From Myxococcota bacterium (GTDB lineage Bacteria; Myxococcota_C; UBA6777): 47,498 nucleotides of DNA. The stretch covers positions 1 to 47,498 of the forward strand of contig JAKLKB010000074.1 in the NCBI GenBank assembly GCA_023150835.1. The letters run 5' to 3'. The stretch's first letter is position 1. Each line of letters starts with the position of its first letter. Shown piece by piece: positions 38,168-47,498 of the stretch. The notes beneath the pieces are model-generated. The model saw only the letters and a list, made by a program, of their open reading frames with translations, searched no databases and was not told where the DNA came from. The position numbers were made by a program, and so were the translations under genes.

Positions 38168-39814
38168 CTAATCGTCGGTGCGACGGGCACGACGAATCAT
38201 TAGATCCAAGAAAAACCACAGCATCAAGAGACTTCCCACCAACAACACGACCCGTTGCATCGAAAACGCTTCGGGGCCACGTCGCAACATCGACACATTG
38301 CGCAAGTATCGACGCGCCAAGTCCCGAACCTCCGATGTTTTCAACGTATCACTCAACACACGCCAATCGTACGCATAATCCACCGACGAAGGCAGGCGCA
38401 TCTGCGACCACAACAGCGTCGCAGCTTCACGCGCCGAACCCATCCGCTCAGCCCACGACAACGCCGCCTCTTTGCGATATGTCTCCAAATGTCCCACCAA
38501 TGCAGGCGGATCGTACGGGTCCATCAACAGCCCGCCCAAAGCTTTTCGCAGCAAGTCATCGACTTCGGGGCGTTCCATCGCAGGCATCGGAACCAACCAA
38601 AGCACGTACCCAGATTGCGGATAAGGCTGCACGATCCGCTTGGTTTGTGGGATCTCACTAAAACGTTGGAGAAACGATCGTTCCAGTTCTTGTTGACCGA
38701 CATACAACAAAAAATCCAGAGGCAGCACATCTTTGCGGCGCAACGGAGGCAAGAGATACGCAAGCAACAAGTCCTGCGTCAGAAACATCCGCCCTCTTCG
38801 ACTGGTCACAAGATTCTCAGGCGCTCCTTCCGTCGGGTACACCGCAGGCCCTTTCCCTGCGAGTTTCTCAAATGCCGATCGCACCGAAGACAACGCCGCC
38901 TCACAAGACAACTCACCCACCATCAACACGCGCACACGTTCCGCCCGATACAAGGCTTTATGAGCCGCAACCAACATCGCTGGTGTGATCGTTTGATACG
39001 TCCGGCGTTGCCCTCGAAGATACGAACCACGCGGATATTCGGCATAAAAGTATGCGTCCATCCGCTCCTCCAACGAAGCCGCTGGAAAACGCGCCGAACT
39101 CCGCATCAGCTCGCTGCGGATCTGTTGCAAAGAACTCGCATCCACGCCCGACAATGGGGACTCTTGGAGGCGTTGGGCGATATGCCCAAGGATCGTTCCA
39201 AGCGATGCGCTCTGCGCCAACGCATCGATCAACACCCAATCTTTTTGCAACGTCACATGATAACGCGCTCCCCCTACAGCAAGCGGGCTTTTCGCAGGAT
39301 TCTCGGGGCGGCTCAGTCGATACGCCAACAGCTTCGACAACAACCGCGCTTGCCCACGAAGCTTGCGCGGATCTGTCGTCGCTCCCGCTGCCACCGCAAC
39401 GCGCAAACGCAAGACATCACGCGCAGTACTGGCATAACACCACGACAACAGGCCCGTCGAAAGCGACAACACTTTCACCTGCGGATCACGGCGCAACATC
39501 GACGCAGGCAAAAAGGCCTCTGCTTTCGACTTTTTGAGGCTCCCCACTGACGTTGTGGAAACTTGGCCTTTTTGAGAAGCAGCAGATGAGCCGCTGGATG
39601 GGCCTTTTTGAGAAGCAGATGGGCCGCTGGATGGGCCTTTTGGGGAGGCCACAGGGGTTGTTTTCTTCGATAAAACGGGGGGCGTAGGGCGCGATGTGGG
39701 CGACGGCACAACGTGGCGCGGGGGCTGCGCAAGAACAGGTCGAGAACTGGGCGAGGATGGCTGATCTTGCGGAGGGACCGCCAAAAAAAACAAAAAAGAC
39801 AAAAGATGGTGCAT
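38168..39814 (-). CDS. M16 (insulinase)-like protein, probably catalytically inactive, with Pro/Ser linker and C-terminal TM
   Basis: VAAGATTDPRKLRGQARLLSKL (canonical HxxEH absent); LYRAERVRVLMVG; EVRDLARRYL. Confidence 0.7.
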   Translation of the reverse strand: MHHLLSFLFFLAVPPQDQPSSPSSRPVLAQPPRHVVPSPTSRPTPPVLSKKTTPVASPKGPSSGPSASQKGPSSGSSAASQKGQVSTTSVGSLKKSKAEAFLPASMLRRDPQVKVLSLSTGLLSWCYASTARDVLRLRVAVAAGATTDPRKLRGQARLLSKLLAYRLSRPENPAKSPLAVGGARYHVTLQKDWVLIDALAQSASLGTILGHIAQRLQESPLSGVDASSLQQIRSELMRSSARFPAASLEERMDAYFYAEYPRGSYLRGQRRTYQTITPAMLVAAHKALYRAERVRVLMVGELSCEAALSSVRSAFEKLAGKGPAVYPTEGAPENLVTSRRGRMFLTQDLLLAYLLPPLRRKDVLPLDFLLYVGQQELERSFLQRFSEIPQTKRIVQPYPQSGYVLWLVPMPAMERPEVDDLLRKALGGLLMDPYDPPALVGHLETYRKEAALSWAERMGSAREAATLLWSQMRLPSSVDYAYDWRVLSDTLKTSEVRDLARRYLRNVSMLRRGPEAFSMQRVVLLVGSLLMLWFFLDLMIRRARRTDD

Positions 39815-40176
39815 CGTTAAAACACTCCTCAAGCGCGCAGCTTTGGGTGGAACACAGCGAAAGGCCGCTAACCTAACAACTTTCTGCGCCTTCGACAAGA
39901 CAGAAACACACTTCCAAGAGGACGAAAGCAATCGCCCCCAAAACCCGCAAACAAGCCGATATCTCGATCCGCTTGGGCCTGACGGACAACGCGCTTGACA
40001 AAAGCCCTCGATTGGCTTCTGATCGGCTTTTCATCAACAGGCGTCCTTGTATGCCCTGCAAAAAACACCGAAACAACGAGAGATCTCGCTTTTTCGACAC
40101 ACAACCCCAGCGATTCGCGCCTTACAAACACACCCTCACACCACGCAACATCCACTCCAAAAGGAGCAGCAGACGC

Positions 40177-42381
40177 ATGGATCGAACAACGATGCTTGAA
40201 AAAGCCCGTCAAGGCTTCGCCACCATCCCACTCAGCGACGCCCAAAAACAACAAGCCCTCGATCACCTTCAACGTTGGTTGAGCGAAGAAACCTTCGCTC
40301 CCTATCAACCCCAACTCCACGACCTGATCGAAAAAGGCGCGTGGTCCTTGCTGCTCGATAGCTTTTACCAAGTCATCCCCTTCGGTACAGGCGGACGGCG
40401 CGGAGCCGTCGGGATCGGCCCCAACCGCATGAATCCCTACACGCTCGCCACCTCCGTTCAAGGACACGTCGCCTACCTACGCCGACTCTTTGGCGACACC
40501 ACCGCTCTGCGCGTCGTGATCGCCTACGATGTACGGCGTTTCCTCGATCTACGCGGCCTCTACAACAAAGCCCTGCCCAACCCTGTCCTCGGCCAACGCT
40601 CTCGCGATCTTTGCGATCTGGCCGCCTCGATCTACGCCGCCAACGGGGTTGAAGCCTTTGTCTTGCCTCCCCACGAACCCACCTACATCTCGACCCCCGA
40701 ACTTTCTTTCTTGATCCGCGCCTACCACGCACACGGTGGACTCAACGTCAGCGCCTCACACAACCATCCCGACGACAACGGCGGAAAGTTTTACAACCAA
40801 CTCGGCGCACAACCCATCGCTCCCGATGATCAAGAGATGTCCGATCTGGTCGAACAGGTCCGAACCGTCCATACCCTCCCCTTTGAAGAAGCCGTCGCCA
40901 AGGGCCTGATCCGCTGGATCGAGCCTGACAAACGCCAAGCCTACATCGACACCAACGCCGCTCTCTCCACATGGCCTCACCCCAACAAAGCCGTCGTCGG
41001 CTTTTCTCCCATGAATGGCGTCGGCTCCACCAGCGTGACGCCTGTCCTCCAAAAAGCCGGATACACCGTCCATATGCTGCCCTCACAAGTCCCCTTCGAC
41101 GGGAGTTTTGAACACGTCCGCTTTCGCGTCCCCAACCCCGAAGTCCGCACCTCGATGATCGATATCGTCGAGTTTGGAAAAGCCCAATCTGCCGACCTTG
41201 TGATGGCTTCCGACCCTGACGCCGACCGCATCGGCCTCGTTGCCCCCGATGCCCAAGGAAACTGGCGATTCTTTACAGGCAACGAGATCGGCGTCTTGAT
41301 CGCCTACCAACTTCTCCACACCCAAAAAACCCAAGGCACACTCCCCAAGCGACCGATCATCATCAAAACCGAAGTCACCACCGACCTGTTGCGCCGCCTC
41401 ACCGAATCCTACGGTGGGCATTGTGTGAGCCACCTGCTCGTTGGATGTAAGTTTATCGCCGACGTCATGCACAACCTCGAAACCAAAGGCGCTTTCCTCG
41501 ATCTCCAAGGCTCACTCCACGATGTGATCATGGGAACCGAAGAAAGCCACGGTGTCCTCATCTCCAAAGATATCCGCGACAAAGACGCCGCTGGAGCCGC
41601 CTTGATCCTCGCTGATCTCGCAAGCCGCATGAAAGCCGAAGGCCGCACCTTGGTCGATGCCATCGACGATATCTACCAACAACACGGCTACTACGCCAAC
41701 ACCCAAGTCTCGATGGTCATGGAAGGCGCCATCGGACTCGCTCGCATCCGCGATATGCAAAGTGCCTTGCGCCAAGATCCTCCCAAAAACATCGGGGGGA
41801 TCGCCGTCAAAAAGTTCTTTGATCATTGGCGCGAAGACGGCATCTTTGGCCCCATCCGCTCCACCACCGATCAAAGCGCTCGCAACGTCCTCGTCTTCCA
41901 CCTCGAAGACGATATCCGCGTCGTCTTGCGACCTTCTGGCACCGAACCCAAGGCCAAACTCTACCTCGAAGTCGTCTCTCCACCCTCTGCGGATCGCAAC
42001 GAATTGCGCCAACGCATCGAAGAAACCGAAGCTCGCGCTCGACGCCTCGGAACCCTCTTCACCCAACAGATCTTGCGCAAGATCGGCGTTGACCTCCCCG
42101 ATTATGCCCTTGCCATCCCCGATATCGTCTCCATCGATCTCAAAGAACGCTTCGCCAAAGAAGTCGTCAGCGCGTGGTTTGACAAAGCCCTCGCTCTCCG
42201 AGACACCGAACAAGCCGAAACCCTACTCACCGCACACCTCAAATCGCTCTTCGCTGCTCTTGGCCGTCCTCCCGCCATGTTCACCGACGGAATGCGCGCC
42301 TATCTCTCCACGCTCACCGAAAGATCTGCCCCACCAGACACCCTCGCCCTCATGCGCGCTTCTTGCGATAGCCTCGCCTAA
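40177..42381 (+). CDS. Phosphoglucomutase/phosphomannomutase family protein with C-terminal extension
   Basis: FGTGGRRG; SASHN; DPDADR; GTEESHG; RPSGTEPKAK; AAGGAG RBS before ATG 40177. Confidence 0.93.
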   Translation: MDRTTMLEKARQGFATIPLSDAQKQQALDHLQRWLSEETFAPYQPQLHDLIEKGAWSLLLDSFYQVIPFGTGGRRGAVGIGPNRMNPYTLATSVQGHVAYLRRLFGDTTALRVVIAYDVRRFLDLRGLYNKALPNPVLGQRSRDLCDLAASIYAANGVEAFVLPPHEPTYISTPELSFLIRAYHAHGGLNVSASHNHPDDNGGKFYNQLGAQPIAPDDQEMSDLVEQVRTVHTLPFEEAVAKGLIRWIEPDKRQAYIDTNAALSTWPHPNKAVVGFSPMNGVGSTSVTPVLQKAGYTVHMLPSQVPFDGSFEHVRFRVPNPEVRTSMIDIVEFGKAQSADLVMASDPDADRIGLVAPDAQGNWRFFTGNEIGVLIAYQLLHTQKTQGTLPKRPIIIKTEVTTDLLRRLTESYGGHCVSHLLVGCKFIADVMHNLETKGAFLDLQGSLHDVIMGTEESHGVLISKDIRDKDAAGAALILADLASRMKAEGRTLVDAIDDIYQQHGYYANTQVSMVMEGAIGLARIRDMQSALRQDPPKNIGGIAVKKFFDHWREDGIFGPIRSTTDQSARNVLVFHLEDDIRVVLRPSGTEPKAKLYLEVVSPPSADRNELRQRIEETEARARRLGTLFTQQILRKIGVDLPDYALAIPDIVSIDLKERFAKEVVSAWFDKALALRDTEQAETLLTAHLKSLFAALGRPPAMFTDGMRAYLSTLTERSAPPDTLALMRASCDSLA

Positions 42382-42427
42382 ATCCTCTCTTTTTCTCCAT
42401 ATCGGACTTGCACGATTGGTTCGTTTA

Positions 42428-42547
42428 TGTGGGGTTGGAACTCCACACCCCGCCATAGACTGTCGCCCCTTGACCCCGTGTTGGCGAAGAGATCACGGAG
42501 CTTTCAAGGCAACAACTCCATCGCTTGAAACACCGCGAACACGGGGG
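42428..42547. repeat. Structured dispersed repeat, copy 2
   Basis: See 20461-20581. Confidence 0.8.
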
Positions 42548-42573
42548 GATTTCTCTGCCTCCCCAAAAATCAC

Positions 42574-42867
42574 CTAACGCCACGCAAATTGCTCGATCGA
42601 TTGGGCCAATTGGATATCTTTTCCCGTCACTTTGTTGCCCGCATCGTGGGTGCGCAAGGTCAACTCCACGCGGTTATAAACATTAAAGATCTCGGGATGA
42701 TGGTCTTGTTCTTCGGCCACAAACGCCAACCGCACCAAAAAACTGATCGCCTCTTTGAAACTTCCAAACACAAACGTCTTTCGCAGAGCATCCGCTTCAT
42801 ACCGCCACCCTTGAAGCTCGGACAGTGCTTCTTCGATCTGTTCTTGACTTCGCATTTTTCTATCCAT
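42574..42867 (-). CDS. phhB: Pterin-4-alpha-carbinolamine dehydratase
   Basis: F.SFKEAISFL..AEEQDHHPE..YNRV..LRTHDAG..VT.KDI.LA. Confidence 0.92.
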   Translation of the reverse strand: MDRKMRSQEQIEEALSELQGWRYEADALRKTFVFGSFKEAISFLVRLAFVAEEQDHHPEIFNVYNRVELTLRTHDAGNKVTGKDIQLAQSIEQFAWR

Positions 42868-42896
42868 CGAATCCTCTTCTGGTCGTAGAACACGCC

Positions 42897-43547
42897 TTAA
42901 TCCCATTTGATGGCTTGGCGCAAGAAGGACGTTTTGAGGTATTCTTGTTTGATGGCTTCGGCCACTTCTTCGACTTCACGAAAGGCATCCCATTTGACAC
43001 GGATCACAGGGATGACCTTGCTGATATCTTCGATGAAGTTTTCGTAATTTCGATACAGATCTTCGAGATATTCTTGAGAGATGGTCTTTTCAAAAGCCCG
43101 TCCCCGCCGAGCGATCCGCTCGATCGAGTTGTCTGGCTTGACATCCAAATAGATGATCACGTTGGGCTTGCACATAAAATTCGACATATTTTGGAACAGA
43201 TGGAGATACGTTTTATAATCGCGGGGGTCCATCAGCCCCGATTCGGCGAGCATCTTGGCAAACACCGTATCTTCGTAGATCGTGCGATCTTGTACGCCAC
43301 CCCGACCACGCCAGATGATCGTCTGGTGTTGGTGGAAGCGTTTGTTAAGTAGATACACCTGCATCGCAAAACTATGCGACTTGATATCACGGTAGAAGTC
43401 TTCGAGGTATTCGTTGTCTTCGACTGGTTCATAATACACATCAAGGCCCAAGTGACGGCCCAACGCTGTCGCAAGGGTTGTCTTGCCTGCGCCGATAATC
43501 CCTGAGATACCGATAAAGATCTTCTCCATCGATGGAGACTGCACCAT
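42897..43547 (-). CDS. Deoxynucleoside kinase
   Basis: ISGIIGAGKTT; YEPV; MQVYLL; QDRTIYED; RIARRGR. Confidence 0.92.
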   Translation of the reverse strand: MVQSPSMEKIFIGISGIIGAGKTTLATALGRHLGLDVYYEPVEDNEYLEDFYRDIKSHSFAMQVYLLNKRFHQHQTIIWRGRGGVQDRTIYEDTVFAKMLAESGLMDPRDYKTYLHLFQNMSNFMCKPNVIIYLDVKPDNSIERIARRGRAFEKTISQEYLEDLYRNYENFIEDISKVIPVIRVKWDAFREVEEVAEAIKQEYLKTSFLRQAIKWD

Positions 43548-43631
43548 ACCACAACTCCTTCGTTGACGGTTGTTGGACGTTTCGGGATATAGCGCAGATC
43601 AGCCCGTCCAGTCTACGAAAAAGGAGATCCA

Positions 43632-44009
43632 ATGCACACAGCGCTTTTGTGGGTGGCTGGAGGAGCCATCGTCGGAGCCACAGCTCGTTATCTAACAGGT
43701 CTTTGGATGCGGAGTTTGCTGGGGCCGCGTTTTCCGTGGGGGACGTTGGTGGTCAATCTGGTGGGTTGTTTTTTGATCGGCTTGTTCTTTGCGTTGGTGC
43801 AAGAGCGCGGGATCTTGGGGGAGCGCACGCGGTTGTTCTTGATGATCGGATGCTTCGGCTCTTTGACCACGTTCTCAAGCTTTGCGCTCGACAACCTTTT
43901 GCTTGCGCGCAACGAGCAGATGCTTTGGATGCTCGCCAATCTGATCGGTCAAAATCTCTTGGGCATGGTCTTGGTGGTCGCAGGAATCGCGGTGGGGCGG
44001 ATGTATTAG
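43632..44009 (+). CDS. crcB: Fluoride efflux channel FluC/CrcB
   Basis: GGAIVGATARY; FPWGTLVVNLVGCFLIG; GCFGSLTTFSSF; AAGGAG RBS. Confidence 0.93.
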   Translation: MHTALLWVAGGAIVGATARYLTGLWMRSLLGPRFPWGTLVVNLVGCFLIGLFFALVQERGILGERTRLFLMIGCFGSLTTFSSFALDNLLLARNEQMLWMLANLIGQNLLGMVLVVAGIAVGRMY

Positions 44010-44108
44010 ACGCCAATCGGCATCGTCGTAAAGATCGCGCTGGGGCGGATATTTACGACCGTACCAACGCAAAGCATCCCAAAGCATCGGATATACCGAT
44101 AGGCAGCA

Positions 44109-45506
44109 TCACTTACACACAAATTGCAAGCTCCAGATATCTTCGGCACAGGTCGCAGGGCTTTCACATTGCGAACTCAACAAACAGGTGCAACGCCGTT
44201 CTCCAAGCCCCAAAAAGCCCGTATCGATGCACTTTCCACCACAACATTGGGAGTCTGACGTGCATTTTGCCTTGCGTTTGCAGACGGCGGTTTTGCAAGC
44301 ATTGGTGACGGAATCGCAGGTCTGACCGCTTGGACAGCCGCAGGCTTGGCATCCTGTTTCGCATTTGCCGTTGGTTTTGTTGCAACAAGCGGGTGTAGCG
44401 CAAGGGACCGCTCCTGCTTGACGACAGTCTGGTGGGGGTTTGTCGCATTCGCCTGTGGTGGGGTTGCAGACGTCGGGTGGTGTGCAGTTAAAGTTCGAGC
44501 GACAGTCTTTGCGGTTGCAAAGGCCGGTCACACCGTCGCATTGCTCGTTGGCATTTTTGCAGCCCGCCCCACGACAATCAGGAACACACAAGCGTTTTTG
44601 TTGATCGCAAACCTCGTTGTTTGCGCAAGCTTGGGGGCATCCGTTGGGTGTGGCTTCGCAAAGGTTGCTCAGCCCTTGTTTTTTGCAGATCCGCCCTACG
44701 GGGCAATCCGTGTTCTCACAGCAAGGCTGACAACGGCCTGTGTCTTCGCAACATTTGTCGCTACCTGTACACGAAATTCCCGTACAAAGGGGTTGTGCAA
44801 CGCAATCGGCTTCAGGGATGCAGAGTTTCCCCGTCCCTGCGCCAAGATCGAGGCATTGGAATTTTTGTGGGCATTTGTCATCAGGGCATCCCAGCACACA
44901 AACCTGCTTGCCACCGACCGCAAAACAGCGATTGCCCGGGCCGCACTCTGCGCTGTCTAAGCAAGGCTGGCAGGGTGTACGGTTCCCGCACGCAACACAG
45001 GCTCCTTGGTTGTTGCAACACAGGCCGCTTTGACACGGCGTATCAGGACAAACGCACGGCGGGTTCGCACAGGTCGGCTCTGTGGGGGCTTCCGCCACAG
45101 GCTCTTGCGTGCTTTCGGGGAGCGGCTCGGGCGAACTTTCGGCGGGGTTCTCGCTGGCATCGATCGGCGGCTCTGCATGGGCTTCTTGCACTTCGGGCGT
45201 GGTTGCTTCGGGGCGTTGACCCTCTTCATAACGCTGACAGCAGCCCTTGTCGTTGCAATACTCGTCGTTGTTGCATTCGATCGAGCGCTGACAAGGCGAA
45301 CACAACAGAGAGATGCATTTTTTTGTACGCTGATCACAACGCTGATCCGCAGCACAATCTCCACAAACAGAGGGCTTTTTGGGTTCGACACATCCCCCCA
45401 TCAAGCTTATCCCCCACAACAGCAACAGCGCTCCGCCCTGCAACCACCAACGAACGCGGGGATCGAACCAACGAAGCGCTTCGTTGTCTCTTCCAAACCT
45501 CTGCAT
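44109..45506 (-). CDS. Cys-rich lipoprotein
   Basis: GGAGG RBS before ATG 45506; lipobox LMGGC; Pro/Glu linker; numerous Cys clusters. Confidence 0.75.
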   Translation of the reverse strand: MQRFGRDNEALRWFDPRVRWWLQGGALLLLWGISLMGGCVEPKKPSVCGDCAADQRCDQRTKKCISLLCSPCQRSIECNNDEYCNDKGCCQRYEEGQRPEATTPEVQEAHAEPPIDASENPAESSPEPLPESTQEPVAEAPTEPTCANPPCVCPDTPCQSGLCCNNQGACVACGNRTPCQPCLDSAECGPGNRCFAVGGKQVCVLGCPDDKCPQKFQCLDLGAGTGKLCIPEADCVAQPLCTGISCTGSDKCCEDTGRCQPCCENTDCPVGRICKKQGLSNLCEATPNGCPQACANNEVCDQQKRLCVPDCRGAGCKNANEQCDGVTGLCNRKDCRSNFNCTPPDVCNPTTGECDKPPPDCRQAGAVPCATPACCNKTNGKCETGCQACGCPSGQTCDSVTNACKTAVCKRKAKCTSDSQCCGGKCIDTGFLGLGERRCTCLLSSQCESPATCAEDIWSLQFVCK

Positions 45507-45615
45507 GCAAACCTCCCAAAAAACAAAGATCCTTCTCAACACAGCAGCGTTATCTTGGACAAACAGCCCCCGAAAAGCAACCAAATCTCACCAACGGCGT
45601 CACTCCTGCCCGATC

Positions 45616-46371
45616 TCAAAAGCCGATCACTTCGGCAAGAAATCGACGGCTTCGCGTCTCGTGACCCAGCACATGGCAAAGACGGCGATCCAACAATCCT
45701 AAGACCTCACGCCACAAAGGCTCGGTCTCGCCCTCCAGCGTCACTTTCCGTTGCAAGGCATCCAGCGCGGCGCGCAAGATCGGCGTCAACAACGGGGCTT
45801 CGTGGCTCTGCGTGGGCCGACAATCGCCACAAACAAGCCCCCCTTGGAGTAGATCAAAGCGCGCTGTATGCACAAGAGCAATCATTGAACCGCATTCCAT
45901 ACAACGCGACCATGACGGCAACAGACCCAACAGCTCAAGCAAGCGCATCTCAAAACGAGCAAGCGCTTTGGGGGTCAGCGCAGCCGAGGCACAGAAGCTT
46001 AAAAAGCCCGTAAACAGCGCATACAACGCTGCATTGGCGTCCCCCTCATCCGTCATCCGCAACATCAGCTCCCCCGCAAACGATGCCGAGGCAAAGGCCC
46101 CCAACTCTTCGGGAAGGATCGCCACCCCCTCGCTCGGATCGACACGCAAGAGCTGTGGCAAGCGTTCTTCTTCTCGCGCACGTTGAAACACCAGACGTAA
46201 CCGAGCAAAACTCTGCAATTGGCCTGCAAAACGCTTCTGACTTTTTCGGGCCTTTGGGGCGCGAAACGCCATCCGCCCAAAGCGATCTGTCCAAAATGTG
46301 ACGATCAGGTCGCTCTCTCCGACCTCACGCGATTGGAGCAAGATCCCTTCGCATTGTTCTTCCTGCATCAT
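45616..46371 (-). CDS. recO: DNA repair protein RecO
   Basis: GILLQSREVGESDLIVTFWT..G..A.KARKSQKRF; FEMRLLELLG..CMECG..GGLVCGDC. Confidence 0.93.
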   Translation of the reverse strand: MMQEEQCEGILLQSREVGESDLIVTFWTDRFGRMAFRAPKARKSQKRFAGQLQSFARLRLVFQRAREEERLPQLLRVDPSEGVAILPEELGAFASASFAGELMLRMTDEGDANAALYALFTGFLSFCASAALTPKALARFEMRLLELLGLLPSWSRCMECGSMIALVHTARFDLLQGGLVCGDCRPTQSHEAPLLTPILRAALDALQRKVTLEGETEPLWREVLGLLDRRLCHVLGHETRSRRFLAEVIGF

Positions 46372-46456
46372 AAACCTCTCTACAAACTCCACCCGATGCC
46401 ACCGCCCCACAATATCCCCGCCACCAGTCCAATCGCGCCACTTGCATCCCTCCGTG

Positions 46457-47308
46457 CTAAGGGACTGGCTTGACCACCACCGAAGAGGTCGGAACTGCCG
46501 CTGTTTGCTTGCGTGGACTTTCTTCTGTCTGCTTGCGTTGGATCTCTTCGGTCAGTTTTGCGCAAGCGCGGCGAACCGCAGGCGCTTTGCCCTCCGAGAT
46601 ATCGGCGCACTTTTGCAAATACAACAGAGCGTCTCGGTATTTCTTTTGTGGAACAAGTGCTTGTGCAAGGTGATAATAACCCGGAGAGAACTTGTCGCAT
46701 CGTTGGACGACTTCGCGTAGCGATTCTTCGGCCTCTTTCCATTTTCCTTGTGCCTTGTACACCAATCCCAGCATACGATAGCCTTGACACAGCGTCGGGC
46801 AATGGCTGATGCCTCGAACCAACGATTCTACAGCCTTTTCGGGTTGACCATCCATGTGATAAGCCCAACCAAGGCTAACTTCTGCGTTGCAAGGCGTTTG
46901 ATACAAGACGTTGCCCAACGCTTTTTCATAAGCAACAATCGCCCGTTTCCAGTTGCGCAGCGCAGAAAATACCACACCAAGGTTCCCCCAACCACGCGGA
47001 GAATTCGGTTCGATCTCCAAAGCTCGCTCAAAGTGCTTTTGTGCCAGATCAGGCCGTCTCATGCGCAGCAGCGTCACCCCCAAAGCCTCTTGAACCCAAT
47101 AGCTTTGAGGGTTCAATTTTTCGGCACGATGCAACAGCGCCATCGCTGCACGAAATTCGCCTCGGTTGTTTTGTTGGACGGCCATCTCCCATAAAGACTG
47201 CGCTTGTTTCGCTTCTTTTTGTGTAGGCATCGGGACACAGCCCATCAAACCACTCAACCACGAAACAAACAACCCACAAACTGCCAAGAAACGCATCACA
47301 CCACGCAT
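46457..47308 (-). CDS. TPR lipoprotein, Tgl/PilF-like type IV pilus pilotin (start uncertain, 47296-47323)
   Basis: Lipobox GLMGC; multiple TPRs; NVLYQTPCNAEVSLGWAY motif; adjacent to recO. Confidence 0.75.
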   Translation of the reverse strand: MRGVMRFLAVCGLFVSWLSGLMGCVPMPTQKEAKQAQSLWEMAVQQNNRGEFRAAMALLHRAEKLNPQSYWVQEALGVTLLRMRRPDLAQKHFERALEIEPNSPRGWGNLGVVFSALRNWKRAIVAYEKALGNVLYQTPCNAEVSLGWAYHMDGQPEKAVESLVRGISHCPTLCQGYRMLGLVYKAQGKWKEAEESLREVVQRCDKFSPGYYHLAQALVPQKKYRDALLYLQKCADISEGKAPAVRRACAKLTEEIQRKQTEESPRKQTAAVPTSSVVVKPVP

Positions 47309-47498
47309 TCGTTTTCCACCCATCGCATCGCTCACAAACCTTCGTGCGCTGTTCTTTGCTGTTCCTTTCACGTTGATCATTTCTGATCGACGAGGGGTAA
47401 TTCGCTCTCCGTTGATGCTCCGTCCGAGCGGGGGATAGATATGCAACTGGAGTCTTGGTTGGACAGTCTCAACCGTTTGAGAAACTGCTCGGTTCTTT

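Noticed and set aside
43520-43631. Fluoride riboswitch upstream of crcB
   Set aside because: A GATGGAG is present but lies inside the kinase start, and the rest of the consensus is not recognisable

Overview
Bacterial chromosomal segment, most likely from a Myxococcota/deltaproteobacterium (Tgl-like pilotin next to recO, giant Cys-rich myxobacterial-type repeat proteins). The left third (1-16.8 kb), just downstream of a tRNA-Lys/tRNA-Glu pair, is an accessory defence region. It carries a restriction-like operon (DUF499 ATPase, DUF3780-like protein, DUF1156 amino-methyltransferase, PLD-nuclease/SNF2 helicase; Gao 'RL'-type). Between the operon's core genes sits an unexpected, translationally coupled pair: a glycine-zipper membrane protein and a sensor-less GGDEF (SGDEF) cyclase with a C-terminal Zn ribbon. 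This pair is the best candidate for an undescribed nucleotide-signalling defence module. A divergent EVE-domain gene, an intact tnpB-only IS605-type element whose precise excision restores an Rpn-like gene, and GTAG-REP-anchored tandem arrays complete the region. The remainder is mostly housekeeping (rne, radA, DciA/DUF721, HAD, secA, phosphomutase, PCD, deoxynucleoside kinase, crcB, recO, tgl-like) interspersed with Cys-rich exported proteins and intergenic tandem repeats. All family calls come from motif recognition by eye; no database searches were run.
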